From: Heteronotia binoei
Lineage: Eukaryota
Assembly: GCF_032191835.1 (NCBI RefSeq)
Contig: NC_083239.1
Span: forward strand, 372,001 to 436,000
Length of the DNA: 64,000 bases
Direction: 5' to 3'
Numbering within the stretch: position 1 is the stretch's first letter; every line of letters begins with the position of its first letter. Below are positions 48,641 through 60,170 of this stretch, in pieces. Both the position numbers and the translations under genes were made by a program. The notes under the pieces are model-generated. The model searched no databases and was not told the DNA's origin. It saw only the letters and a program-made list of their open reading frames with translations.

Positions 48641-51600
48641 GGAAATTCCATTGAACACCCAGGGAGTACTCTCCTCCCCCAGTAGCGGCCTACTTCAAAA
48701 TCCTTCTAAAATATGAACTTACTAACACTTTGTGTCCAAATAATTGTGGGTTGCCAGTGACTTTTTTGGTTTTATACCTCATAATTTGTATAAAGTTAAT
48801 TAGGAGTGTTGTGTAACATATGTTTGGACTAATATGTCTTTGAAATGTGTTGCAGTCCATATATCAAAGCAGGAACAAGGACACAGCCTTGGGATAATTG
48901 AGCCTGAAACACTTTCCCTGATTCTGATTAACAGGAACAAAATGAAGCCATAATGGTAAAAGCCCAATGTATTTTCTAAGTAATCACCAGATGCCTAAAA
49001 ATAATGTTTTGGTCCATTATCTCAATGCTATTAGTTCCAAAGACCCATCAAGGACATCCTCACTGCATTCTGTGAAATTTGTTGCCATGGATATCGAATG
49101 TGGCTATTAGCTGTCTTATGTCTTTTAATTAAGGGAACCAAACTGAGGTTTGAAAAAATGTTAATTTTTTGGAGGCAGGGGGTGGGTAATTATTCCAATA
49201 AATGCAGAGTAGCTAAAATTGACATCTTTGAAAATGACACCGCAAAGCTCCATCCCATTTCCTCCAGTCAATCAGCATTTTTCATGGAGGCAATGACAGC
49301 TGATTGGGATGTGAAATGGTGAGATCATTATTGGCTAGGCAGTGGTGCGTTCTTTTGGAATGAGGGAGATGAGAGATCTGTCTCTCAGTGTATCCCTTCA
49401 GCTGTACTTTCAGTGGCTGGTGTCAGGTGTCTGTAACTGTTAGGGTAAACTGTTCTGGTACCATCGGCCTTGGAGATGCAGCAGATGCATAGTTGATATT
49501 CACTGCTGAATTGCACTTGATTTTTTTTTCAAACAGAGAATACTAAATGTTGTTCATACAACAGTAAGTCTGAATATGCATGTGAGTCATCTATTTATAT
49601 GGGCTTGATTGCAGAAGTACTGTTTTCTAACTCTTTTTAAACACAAATCAGTGTTCATTGAAATCACATTGCTTGTTCAATACTTTATCTTTCTTTTAAC
49701 CAATACAACAAATACCCATCACCACAAACTTTAAAATATATCATATTTTTGTATAAGCGATTAGAAGGTATAATGTTTTCTTGCATTAGATACGTAATAA
49801 CTGGATACCATATTGGTATGACTATTTTTCATAAAGTTGAGGTGACACATTGTGAGTGGACTATGCGAGCTTACTTAATATAAACTAATCCCATATTTTT
49901 ACTTTCCAGTTTTGTATTGTTGGAACCTTCCTATCTATTCATTTATTAGCTAATATAGTTTTTTGCAATGGACAATAATCATGGAAGATAATAAAAGCTC
50001 TACTGTAGTGGCAGAATGGACCATCCTGATTCATTGGGGCTCAGTGGGACTGTGCAGTACAAACCTTTGGCTTGTCAAACTATCAATCAAGAGTACTTGT
50101 GTACAATTGGTTGAGTCCACTTCTTTCTCCCACCCAAGTGACTTTTGCTAGCCAGCAAAGCTGATTCTGTCAGTAAAATGCAACCAACCTTAGATCTGGC
50201 AGTTACTGTGGGAAAACATTATTGGCCTATCACACATCGGTCACCATCTGTGGCCTCCCATTGGCTGACTCCCCTGCCCCCAGGAATTTGAACACACTGC
50301 CAAAAGCAGTCTTACTTCAGAGACAGCCACATCTCTAACTCTTTTCTGTCAACTGGCCTCATAAATGGCTGCAGAGCTATTGCAGCCTTACTAAAGGCCC
50401 TATCATCCCCTGTTTCTGGCAACTCTGAAGCGAGGGATTGGCCTCTATACTCACGAGTTGCAGCCAACTTCTTCCAAGTAACACAGACACCCCATCCCAA
50501 GAGGAAGCCTTTCAGTCGAAGACTGAAGCCTCCAGAGGGGGAAAGACATGGTGGCTTTGGGGGTGGGGCTTCCCCCCACCGGCCAGCTGACTGGGGGTGG
50601 GAAGCAGCCTGGGAAAGCGGAAGAACCCCCGCTGGGACCTGGGGATTGGCAAGCCTAATGTGTCACTTTGAAGACCTGGAAATGCATTAAGCAGAGGCAT
50701 CTCAGCAGGTAGTTAATAATGGGTTTCTTTATGTCATATGACATTGGTTCCTAACTCATGCTTAGGACGATGGCTTGAATTTTAAGTAGGTGTGTGTGTG
50801 GGGGGGGGGACTGTCACACTGTTATGAAAACCCAGCTAATGGAACTTCAGAAGGGCCATGCACCTTGGATGGCAATTTTAATCTTTCTAAATCATTAACT
50901 ATTAGTAATTTCTATGCCTGGACTTTGGAACAATGGGAGGGATTATGTGAAGGGGTGGTGATGGAGAGGGCTCCAGTGTTCTCTGAGGTATAAATGGTAG
51001 CCCTCTGCCATAGCCTGCAGAAGCCTTTACCACCAAATTTGATGAAAGATGCTGGTGTTGCCCATAACAACCGTTGCTAAGCAACATTTACCAGCATGCA
51101 GAAGGAGCAAAATTTACTGCAGTCTTGGACACTGTTTATCATTGTTGAAGTCTTGTTACAGAAATACAGGACACAAAATGGGGAAATGTTATGGATACAC
51201 TGCATGTAGAGGTCATGCAAGAGAGGTTTGTGTTTATTTGGTACTTGCTTTTGAGATTTTTGGTTAAAAGTCCCACTTTCTTAGTGGAATTTACCCCTAT
51301 TTCTTTCAGTTACTTAGAGGTAATGTCCGAATTCTTAGCTGAGTAATCATACATCATTACTGCACAAAAGTGAATGTGACAAAGGCAAGCATTTTGAAGA
51401 TAACATCTTTCTTGGTGTTCAGATGATGCATGCAAATGTTGCAACAGGGAACCTCCTTGGAATAGGTATTCCATCCTGTGTGTGACAGATTCAAGCAGGA
51501 ATGCTTCTGTTAAGAAGGATGGTTTCTATAGAGACTTGAATTAAAAGGGAACATCTCACACCTTCCCCAAAAAGTTCCCTTTTTGTGCAAAAAAGTGTTT

Positions 51601-51733
51601 GCCATCAATCATGTGTCTCAGTCCAAACTGTCCTCAAGTGCTGAGTCTCATATTTTTCCCCATGCAACTGAACAACACCAATTAATTCATGGGAGAAAGA
51701 AAAAGGGATGCACCATGATGATGAGGTTAGACC

Positions 51734-53061
51734 TAGGCTTCCCAAACCTCCCGCTGTGGCGGGAGACCCCTGGGTTTGCAGCCTCATCTCCCGCTCTTCA
51801 AAAATTGGGAAGCGGGGGGGTGGTGGTGGTGGAGGGGGGGGAGAACATACCTGTAGGCTTCATGTTATTATAGAGCTCCTGAGCCGTTTGTAAAATGTAT
51901 GCCCCTTTAAGGCTGGGCAGGAAGCAGGAAGTGTCAGAACTTGTACTTTCCCTGCTTGCCAAGCATAGTAATGTTAGCCTAACTGACTCCATCTTGTGTG
52001 CCAATACTAACCCTGTATACTCATAGCTAGGCCTCTAATCAAAGTGCTTTGCATTTCAAACAAACTGTAACCGCCGGAGGAATGACAGATAGCCCCTGGG
52101 AATAGCCTGCAGGTGTCCTTTGAAGGCAACCGCTCAGGACATCACAGCAGGACTCCTTCCTCCCTCTGCTGATAACAGACTCTGGGAACAGACCAGTGTC
52201 TCTGGAAGTGTGAGAACCAACTTGATTGTTTCTGTAACAACCGCATAAAATTGTAACCAATGCTAAACCCGTTATCAGAGTTATTCTGTGCCTTCATGAA
52301 CTTAGTTCTCAATAAACACCTATACTTTGTAACGAAGTATTGGGCCTCGTTTGAAGTTCTTCAAGTTCTGACATTATAACTCTGGGCTTGGGAGAATGGC
52401 CCCTCCCTTTCTTTTGCTTTTGTTTTCACAGCAAGAATTCTCCGGAAGAAGATCTGGTAAGTATTTGTGTGTGTGAGAGAGGGAGGGGGCAGGGGATTCC
52501 CTGGTTTGGAGGCTCTCCCCCCTTTAGAAAGCGTGGGGGGGGGAAATGTCTACTGGGCACTCTATTATTCCCTATGAAGAACGATTCCCATAGAGAATAA
52601 TAGGGAATTCATCCATGGGTCTTGGGGGCTCTGGGGGGGGGTGTCTATTTTTTGAGGTAGAGGCATCAAATTTTTAATAAAAATTCCCTATGGAGATTTA
52701 TTCCCATAGAAAATCATGGAGAATTGATCTGGGGTTCAGGGGGGGCTGTTGTTTTGGGTAGAGGCACCAACTTTTCAGTATAGCATCTAGTGCCTCTCCC
52801 CAAAATACCCCCCAAGTTTCAAAACGATTGGACCAGAGGGTCCAATTCTATGAGCCCCAAAAGATGGTGCCCCTATCCTTCATTATTTCCTATGGAAGAA
52901 AGGCATTTTAAAAGGTGTGCTGTCCCTTTAAATGTGATGGCCAGAACTCCCTTGGAGTTCAATTATGCTTGTCACATCCTTGTTCTTGGCTCCACCCCAA
53001 TGTCTCCTGGCTCCACCCCCAAAGTCCCCAGATTTTTCTCTAATTGGACTCGGCAACCCTA
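51734..53061. mobile_element. hAT-type non-autonomous element (TAGG...CCCTA termini) with nested LTR
   Basis: 8-bp TSD gttagacc (51726-51733 / 53062-53069). Confidence 0.85.
51869..52373 (+). mobile_element. Solo LTR (ERV- or Gypsy-type)
   Basis: Ends ...TTCTGACA, AATAAA at 52311, probable 4-bp TSD ttat (51865-51868 / 52374-52377). The 5' TG is apparently mutated to TA. Confidence 0.6.
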
Positions 53062-53689
53062 GTTAGACCTGTTGTGTGCAACTGGTAACATGTTTCCTTG
53101 GGGGTGAGGGGCATGGTTTGCTCCCCACCCAGGTCTCTCCCAGATTGCTGCAGTTTTACTTTGTCCATAGAATTCTATGAAAGCAATTGAGAATGTCCAC
53201 ATCCCAGCTACCTACTTATCTCTTCTTCTGCAATATTGCTGTCTGGATTCTGAGAGACAATGTAGTATAGAAGTTAGAGTCTGAGAACTTTTTAAAGTAG
53301 GAACCCTCAGGTTCCCCAATCAGGAAGCTAGTCATAGGACTACCTTGAGTCAGTCATCATCTTTCAGCCAAATCTGCTCACAGAATGAGGATAAAAGGGA
53401 GAAGGTGAGAATATGTATGCCAAACAATAAAAATGTGAGCAATTCTTGAAAAATGGAAGCGAGAGTGAGAGACCTTTGCTTTTTGTGGAGAATGTACTTG
53501 TAGTCCCACTTAGTGGCCTGAATCTGAAATAATGTAAATAGGTTCTAACCATTTTACTGAAGCGTTTGTAATGAAACCTCCAATTGGTTCTCACAAATCA
53601 ATGTTTTAACTGAACTAAAAATGATCAGCATCTTTTATGTATTATATTTTGAGCACACTATTCAGAATAGGGTTTTGTGCTAATGTTTG

Positions 53690-54600
53690 TTTATTTATTA
53701 TTATTTATTGTGTGTGAATGCATCTTTGAATTATTTGGTACTGATTATAATTACTGATAAGGAGGTATGTCTTCTAATTTTAGAGGCTATGGGTTTGATG
53801 GCCAGGGCAAAAAAGGAGAGGGGCAAAGGGCAACCTTTGCAGATACCTCTCTGTAACATAAAAGTATCAGGAAAATATTATTCACTTTAAGTTGAACCTT
53901 TGGTTCTGAATATATGGCTTCTATTACTCTCAGGATCTCCAAATCCTGTCTGTGTTAAAAGCATTGTTAGGAATGGGATTTCTATAGTATCAAATGCCTT
54001 TTCCATATCTAAAGAGAGTATCATAGCTTTATGATTTTTAGCCTTGTAATCATGCCTCGGATTCAGCAGGAGCTCACAGGAGCACAGCTCCTGAACCTTT
54101 CTGACAGTTCCACCTTCTCCTTCCCACCTTGTCCATTTAATAGTAGGTGCAGCTGCATAATAATCCCTGGATGAGCTCCACCACCTTTCCCCCCCTACAA
54201 AACGACCCCTGCTTGTAATGTTCCATGATATTCAAAGTTTTGTAAATATTGTCTGATAGATCCTTATTTGGTATAAATCCTACTTGATCCATGGAGATAT
54301 AATGTGCTATTAAGTTGTTCAAGTGTCTTGTCAATATTGCCATAAATATCTTCAAATTAGGAGTGATATGGATCTGTAAAAGGCTGGTGAAGTTAAATCT
54401 CTGTCTTGTTTAGGGATTAGCACTATATTTGCATGTGACCAAGGTGGAGGCATAAACTCTATCTCTAAGATCTGATTGCAGCCTTTGGTAAGATGACCTG
54501 CCAAGAGCAAATGAATTTTTAAATAAAATTCTGATGGAAAACCATCTGGACCAGGGGTTTTATTATTTTTCAGCGAGTTTACAGTGGTGTCAAACTCATT
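53690..54600 (-). mobile_element. Degraded L1-clade ORF2 fragment
   Basis: KTPGPDGFPSEFY, YRSISLL, DQVGFIP in ORFs 54352-54645 and 54137-54355. Confidence 0.85.
54051..54211. mobile_element. hAT-type MITE inside the L1 fragment
   Basis: 8-bp TSD cttgtaat (54043-54050 / 54212-54219). Confidence 0.8.
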
Positions 54601-56342
54601 TGTTGTAAGCTCCAGTATCAATAAAAAATCTTCCTCTTTCACCAATAAAATTCACATTATTAGTATACATGGTGCTTTCTCTGTTCTTTTCTTTGTTCCC
54701 ACCTGAGCCATGTGGCTTGAAAAATTTCTGGCTGCTATTATTTCTATTGCAATGAGATGGTGCCTGTGTTCCCTCATTTGAAACATGTGCTTCAAAGTTC
54801 CTTTGTCTAGTAGCAGCATTCTGAGTATTACAATATCTCATAATATTTAAGCCACATCTATGGCAAATTATATCCTTCTTTGCCTTATTCCTATGCTGTG
54901 GTTTCAGGCTTCAAGCAACTATAGAATCAGATAGTTCAGTATCCTTGTCCCCATATCTGGAGGCTGCTTCCTCCTTGATAGCATTTAATAGACCTTCCAG
55001 ACTCAAATCTGTCTGCAGTCTCAAGATCATCTTGATAGGCTTGTAACTACTGGGTAGAGCTTTTCATATAGTTGAGATTAAGTCTCATTCTGCAATAGGT
55101 TCACCAAGCTCCTGTAGTTTGGATTGCATGCACATAAGTTCCTTCAGACGTTTCATCTTAGGCGGGCAAGACAGTTGGCCCCCTTCCTGGAGCGCGACGA
55201 CCTAGCAACAGTGATCCATGCCACGGTCACCTCGAGGTTGGACTACTGTAATGCCCTCTACATGGGGCTGCCCTTGTCCCGAACCCGGAAATTGCAGCTG
55301 GTGCAGAATGCCGCGGCCCAGCTGTTACTGGGTCTCCCAAAGTGGGGACACATTCAGCCGTGTCTTCGGACCCTGCACTGGCTTCCAGTGATATACCGAG
55401 TCCGGTACAAGGTGCTGGTTATTACCTTTAAAGCCCTATATGGCTTGGGACCTGTCTACCTGAAGGACTGTCTCTCCCCACACGTTCCCCAGAGAGTACT
55501 GAGGTCGGGAACACAAAATCTCCTTACTATCCCTGGGCCAAAAGAAGCCTGCTTGAAAGCCACCAGAGAAAGGGCCTTCTCTGTTATGGCCCCTACATGG
55601 TGGAATCAGCTGCCGGAGGAGGTGAGGGCCCGGCGGGACCTTGTTCAGTTCCGCAGGGCCTGTAAGACGACCCTCTTCCGGCTAGCTTATACCTAGCTTG
55701 AGAATTTAATGCAACTTGCCAGTTTTCCTCTTTTATATTTAGAATATTTATTAATTTTTAAGGTTTTATCTGTTTTAAATGTTTAATTCTGTCATATTTA
55801 AATATTGTTTAATTTTTTGCTGGATTTACTGTTGGAAGCCGCCCTGAGCCACTTGTGGGAAGGGCGGGATATAAATTCTAAATAAATAAAATAAATAAAT
55901 AGTCACATTCTCCCCTTCTTGCACTTGAAAACCAAATATTTTGCTTTTTAAATCATGAATAGTGCTGATGGGAGCTTCATTATATTTACGTTTAAGGCAT
56001 TCAATCATTTGTTTTGCAGTTTTAATATTGTGCAATCCAGAAATTTCATATGACTCAATAGACTAAAATGAGAGTTTTCGCAAAACCATCTAGCCGTTTA
56101 AAAGTTGATTTTTGTGGCTCATTTTCAGGGGTATTTCCAGATAAAGTTCTTTCAGCTTCATAAATCTCAAGTCTTTGCATAAGGAGTGAGAGCCGGAATG
56201 AGAAATTATTCTTAGTGAACCTTAGGGTACTAAATCCTATCACAGGAAGGCTACTCATGGTACCAAAACCAAGATTTGCAGTGGCTGCTCCTGCAGACAT
56301 GGAAACAGAAGATCCAGTGGCTCCTCTCTCTGGGCTTGACAT
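54596..56342 (-). pseudogene. Ty1/Copia-type gag-protease fossil interrupted by an L2
   Basis: Manual join gives ..TAKQMIECLKRKYNE..LKSKIFGFQVQEGENV..LQELGEPIAE*DLISTI*KALPSSY..LLNAIKEE..ICHRCG..RYC..FFIDTGA (UBN2-like gag, degenerate zinc knuckle, DTGA protease motif). Confidence 0.7.
55151..55900 (+). mobile_element. 5'-truncated L2 LINE 3' end
   Basis: ORF 55124-55696 (VTSRLDYCNALY, LHWLPV, FRRACKT.LF), tail ccgccctgagcc...gggcgggatataaat(aaat)n. Confidence 0.92.
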
Positions 56343-57038
56343 TTTTCACAGCAATCAGGCAGGATAGGGTTAAAAATTCTTCCTTCCTCACTGGAGAGAA
56401 AAGGTGGCTGAATGTGTGTGCGTGGTTGCAGCAAGGCTCTTCCAAGGTCTCCAATGTAATCCACAGAAAAGGGGTTAAAAAGCTCCAAAAAAATGTCTTT
56501 AGCACATCCAAGGCTGTTAGACAAAAGTAGCAGCGTTTTCAGATCGAGACAATCTGAATTCAAAGCTCATTTAAGTCAGAATGCTCTCAGTAATGGCAAG
56601 AGAAAAAAAAGCATCATTTTAAAATTCAGGCTTGACTGGCTCAGCATAGCAGCTTGTTTTCCAAATGCTCTCAAAGGTGATCCAGATTTAAAATCAGTTA
56701 GAGTTCAAACAACAATCCTTGCTATAAGCAATTTTGTAGCAAGAACAACCATCTCGTCTGCTACCAATTTTTGTAGGGAATTCTGTTTGAAATTCTATTT
56801 CTTTATCTCAAACAGTACAATAGATTACAGGATCAAACAATCATTGAGAGGCATTTAACATGAAAGCAAAGATATATTTATTACTACAGGGAAAGGTTAC
56901 CGGGAGGTGAAAATAACAAACAGTAAAGAACTACATCCTCAAACTAGAAGACCACATGCTTAATGGAAGATACTTCCTCTTTCTTCTTGACTTCTCTGCC
57001 TGAACAAAGGAAGTCACCTGACTAACTGACCAACCAAA

Positions 57039-57497
57039 CATGCAGTTTCAATGATGAGTCGAAATTGATACAAAACTACGTTTATTGATAAACCGATACT
57101 TTCAGTGCAACAGATTCTTGAGAGTGATGCTGCAAATACATTGATACAATACTTTTAAGGCTTACTTCAAAAGGATTCCAAAAGGTGGGGATGAGGGATA
57201 GTTCTCACACATAAACTATCATAAATGTCTACATTTTCATAGCGTTATCAGGACTCTGTCCTTGCTTTCCCAGATGTGTCACACTCCCTAGCAGGAATGT
57301 ATGGGAAGGTGCTGATTGCTTCTTCTCACGTTAGTTTCGTTTCTCTCTACTTCTACTTTGCAAGCAATAAAGCAGGAAGGGGGAGGGGAAAGAATAACAG
57401 AGCTAGCATACCTTGCTCCTCCAAGATACTTCATAGACCAGTGTTATGGAGGACCCAAAAACAATCAATTATCAATGTAATTTTACCATGCTTGACA
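57039..57497 (-). mobile_element. Solo LTR of the same family as 10279-11244
   Basis: Clear similarity over both flanking portions and the CATGCTTGACA terminus. About 7 bp are missing at the other end. Confidence 0.8.
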
Positions 57498-59103
57498 GTA
57501 TCTTGATTGACAGCAGTCAGTATCTTCTTCCTAGGTCATGCAGACAATAGGGAATCAAGCACAGTGTTAACCCTATAATAACTGGAACTTTAGAACATTG
57601 CAAAGGACATACAGATACACATATTTCCAACAATGGTGGCATGGTAGTAGATTGCCCACTGATAGCTGAGGGCAATCTCATAGTGCCATCCTAAGCAGAT
57701 CTACTTAGAATGCTACTCCAATCTATTAATTGGGAATCACACTGTTATCTATTAGTCTGTTGTGATCCTAGGCCTTTATTATTTGGTCTGTTAATGAAAT
57801 AGGATCCTTTGTGCCCACATGCACTGGGACACAATCCCTTCCTCTTGCACCAGTTCCCACTGGGTCTGTAGCAGCTGCCATTCTTTAGACACTGTGAAAA
57901 GGTAAATACAATGAATCACAGTAGAAGATATTCATAAATATTCTAAAAATAATACATTTCAACCTTGTAACTGCAGGGAATGATTGGGGTTCCCCCCCCA
58001 CACACACATGCACGCATATGCACACCCTTTGTGATAATGCCAGGCATTCTGATTGCTAGGAAGTCTCCATGGCAACCCTAAGAAGCTACCTTTTATTCAG
58101 CTGCTGATCTACAGAGTCACATGATACCCAAACAGCATGCATATGAAATGGTGTACAGCAGTATCCCTTTTTATAGTCCTTATTAAGAGGCTGTTGTGGA
58201 GCACAAAGGAATACTCGATGGGGCTTCTTGTAGTAGATTTTTTTCAGACATGACAGGTAGGACGGGATCCGCTGGCAGCTGCTCTTTGAAGAAACTGCTG
58301 CTCTTGATCCTACATTTCTTCTCTCTTTTCTTGTCACAGTTCTTGTTCATTCACCAGATAGTGCAGACTGGGGTTCCCAAAAGGTGTGCTAGGACCAGGC
58401 TTTTAAACATCTAAAACTGTGCATCTGTTACCAGATGAATCAGACATGTCTTTATGCTGAAGAGATGGGAATCTCCTGCCGCGGCCCCAGCTAGGACTGG
58501 AGTACAATATGAATCCCAAGCAAGGGGTATAATCCCTCCCCCCTTTCATGTGAAATCCTTAAGTCTGGCAGCCTGTAGTGACTCTCAGCAGCACTGGCTG
58601 GGGGTGGGATCAGGAAGTATCTCTGCTTGGAGACAGCAGGTGTATTACTAGCAAGAGTGAGGGAAGCAAGCCAGTGAGGTGCCAGGTTCAGTTGTTACTA
58701 CTTTTAATTAATGTATTTAGTTCATTTATATTCCATCTTTCTTGTTGAGCCTCAAGGCAGATTACAAAACTAGAAAACCGTGCACTAAAACAATATAATA
58801 AGTACAATAATCAATGCAATAAAATGGTCTAAAATTCACAGCTATTGAAACTACTTCTTTTCATAAAAATGTCCTTTCTGCACAGTTCCATCCTAAATAT
58901 TCTGCAGTAGGATCGTTGAGAGAGGGGGACAAAATTCCTGGAGCCCAAGTCCACAGAAGGACCCCTGAATGCATCTTGATTTATTTTTACTTCCAGTGCA
59001 GTTCCATACTGCAGCTACTAAGGACACAAGGAAGGAACAGCACAGCAAACAGCAATAGTTCTGTTTTCTGCTCACCGTGCCTTTGTGTGATGTTTACTAT
59101 GAG

Positions 59104-59200
59104 GTAGAATCATAGAGTTGGAAGGGACCTCCAGAGTCCAATAGTCCAACCCCATGCACAGTGCAGGAAACTCACAAATACTTCCCCACACACACCTCCA
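59104..59200 (-). mobile_element. CR1 3'-terminal fragment (similar fragment at about 1720-1760)
   Basis: agaatcatagagttggaagggacc is the reverse of a CR1-type (attctat) tail and stem-loop. Confidence 0.65.
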
Positions 59201-59400
59201 GTGAGACCTGCTCTCAGATCCTGCTAAACCCATTAACTAAGCCAGCACTGAAGGAAGCCAAGACCAGCCAGTACAACTCATGGCTGCTACAGTCATTGCC
59301 AGGATCCTCATAAGTTTGGTGTTTCCTACAATTGTGTTTCCCTCTTCCTTTCCATCCACCTGTCTGCTCATCCAGCTCTTCTTCCTTGTCATTTCTCTAA

Positions 59401-59686
59401 GGTCGTTTTCGCACTCACCTTAATCAGCAGCGACGACCCTTTTCACCGCGCAGGATCTGCGCGGATTTCGCACTAATTGCCGCGGAGCACCCAGAAGAGC
59501 CGGAAAGTCCCGGCGCTTTTGCGGCGCAAACGGAAACCGTCAAAAACCAGTTTCCGTTTGCACCGCAAAAGCGCCGGGACTTTCCGGCTCTTCTGGGTGC
59601 TCCGCGGCAATTAGTGCGAAATCCGCACAGATCTTGCGCGGTGAAGAGGGTCGTCGCTGCTGATTAAGGTGAATGCGAAAACGACC
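59401..59686. mobile_element. PIF/Harbinger-type palindromic MITE
   Basis: TAA TSD on both sides, termini GGTCGTTTTCGCA / TGCGAAAACGACC, near-perfect fold-back of about 140 bp. Confidence 0.9.
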
Positions 59687-59879
59687 TAAGTCTTTTCCAC
59701 ACTTTGTACCACTCAACCTGTGATCAAGTGTGCCCCTTGACCCAAATAAGGAACACACTTAGAAGTCCTATGAAGGGGAGTACTAAAATATGTTTATTAA
59801 TAAAAAGGCAGAGTGCTGGATACATAAGGTAACAGCCCTCCGAAACAATGGAAAGTAAAGGGACATTTAGTGCTTTTGA

Positions 59880-60170
59880 CAATAGCTGAAGTGTGGTTTT
59901 TCTTTTTTTGAGTTTAAGGTGAAAGGAGGAAAATTAAGATGAACTTATAGAGTTAACTTTTTATTTTTTTGTTTTTACTTCTTTAGTGTTATAAAGCTAT
60001 AAAGTTTCAAAATGGAGATTCTTGATTTGTTAAATTACCTTGTATTTTTTGCAATTTGACAACACCAGCGGGGGTCAAGAAAAGGGGAGGAGAAGGGGGG
60101 GGGGAAAGTGTGATGTATTGTTTTCAATTTTCAATTTGTATTATTTTTTAAAACAATTTTTTAAAAGAAT
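59880..60170 (+). mobile_element. L1 3' UTR fragment related to 8930-9120
   Basis: acaccagcgggggtcaag followed by a G-rich tract, similar to acactggcggagtcaag at about 8990. Confidence 0.55.

Noticed and set aside
58183-58350. 55-aa minus-strand ORF MNKNCDKKREKKCRIKSSSFFKEQ..
   Set aside because: Looks protein-like but is short, has an in-frame stop immediately before the ATG, no convincing splice sites and no homology I recognise. A tBLASTn hit in other reptiles would reopen it.
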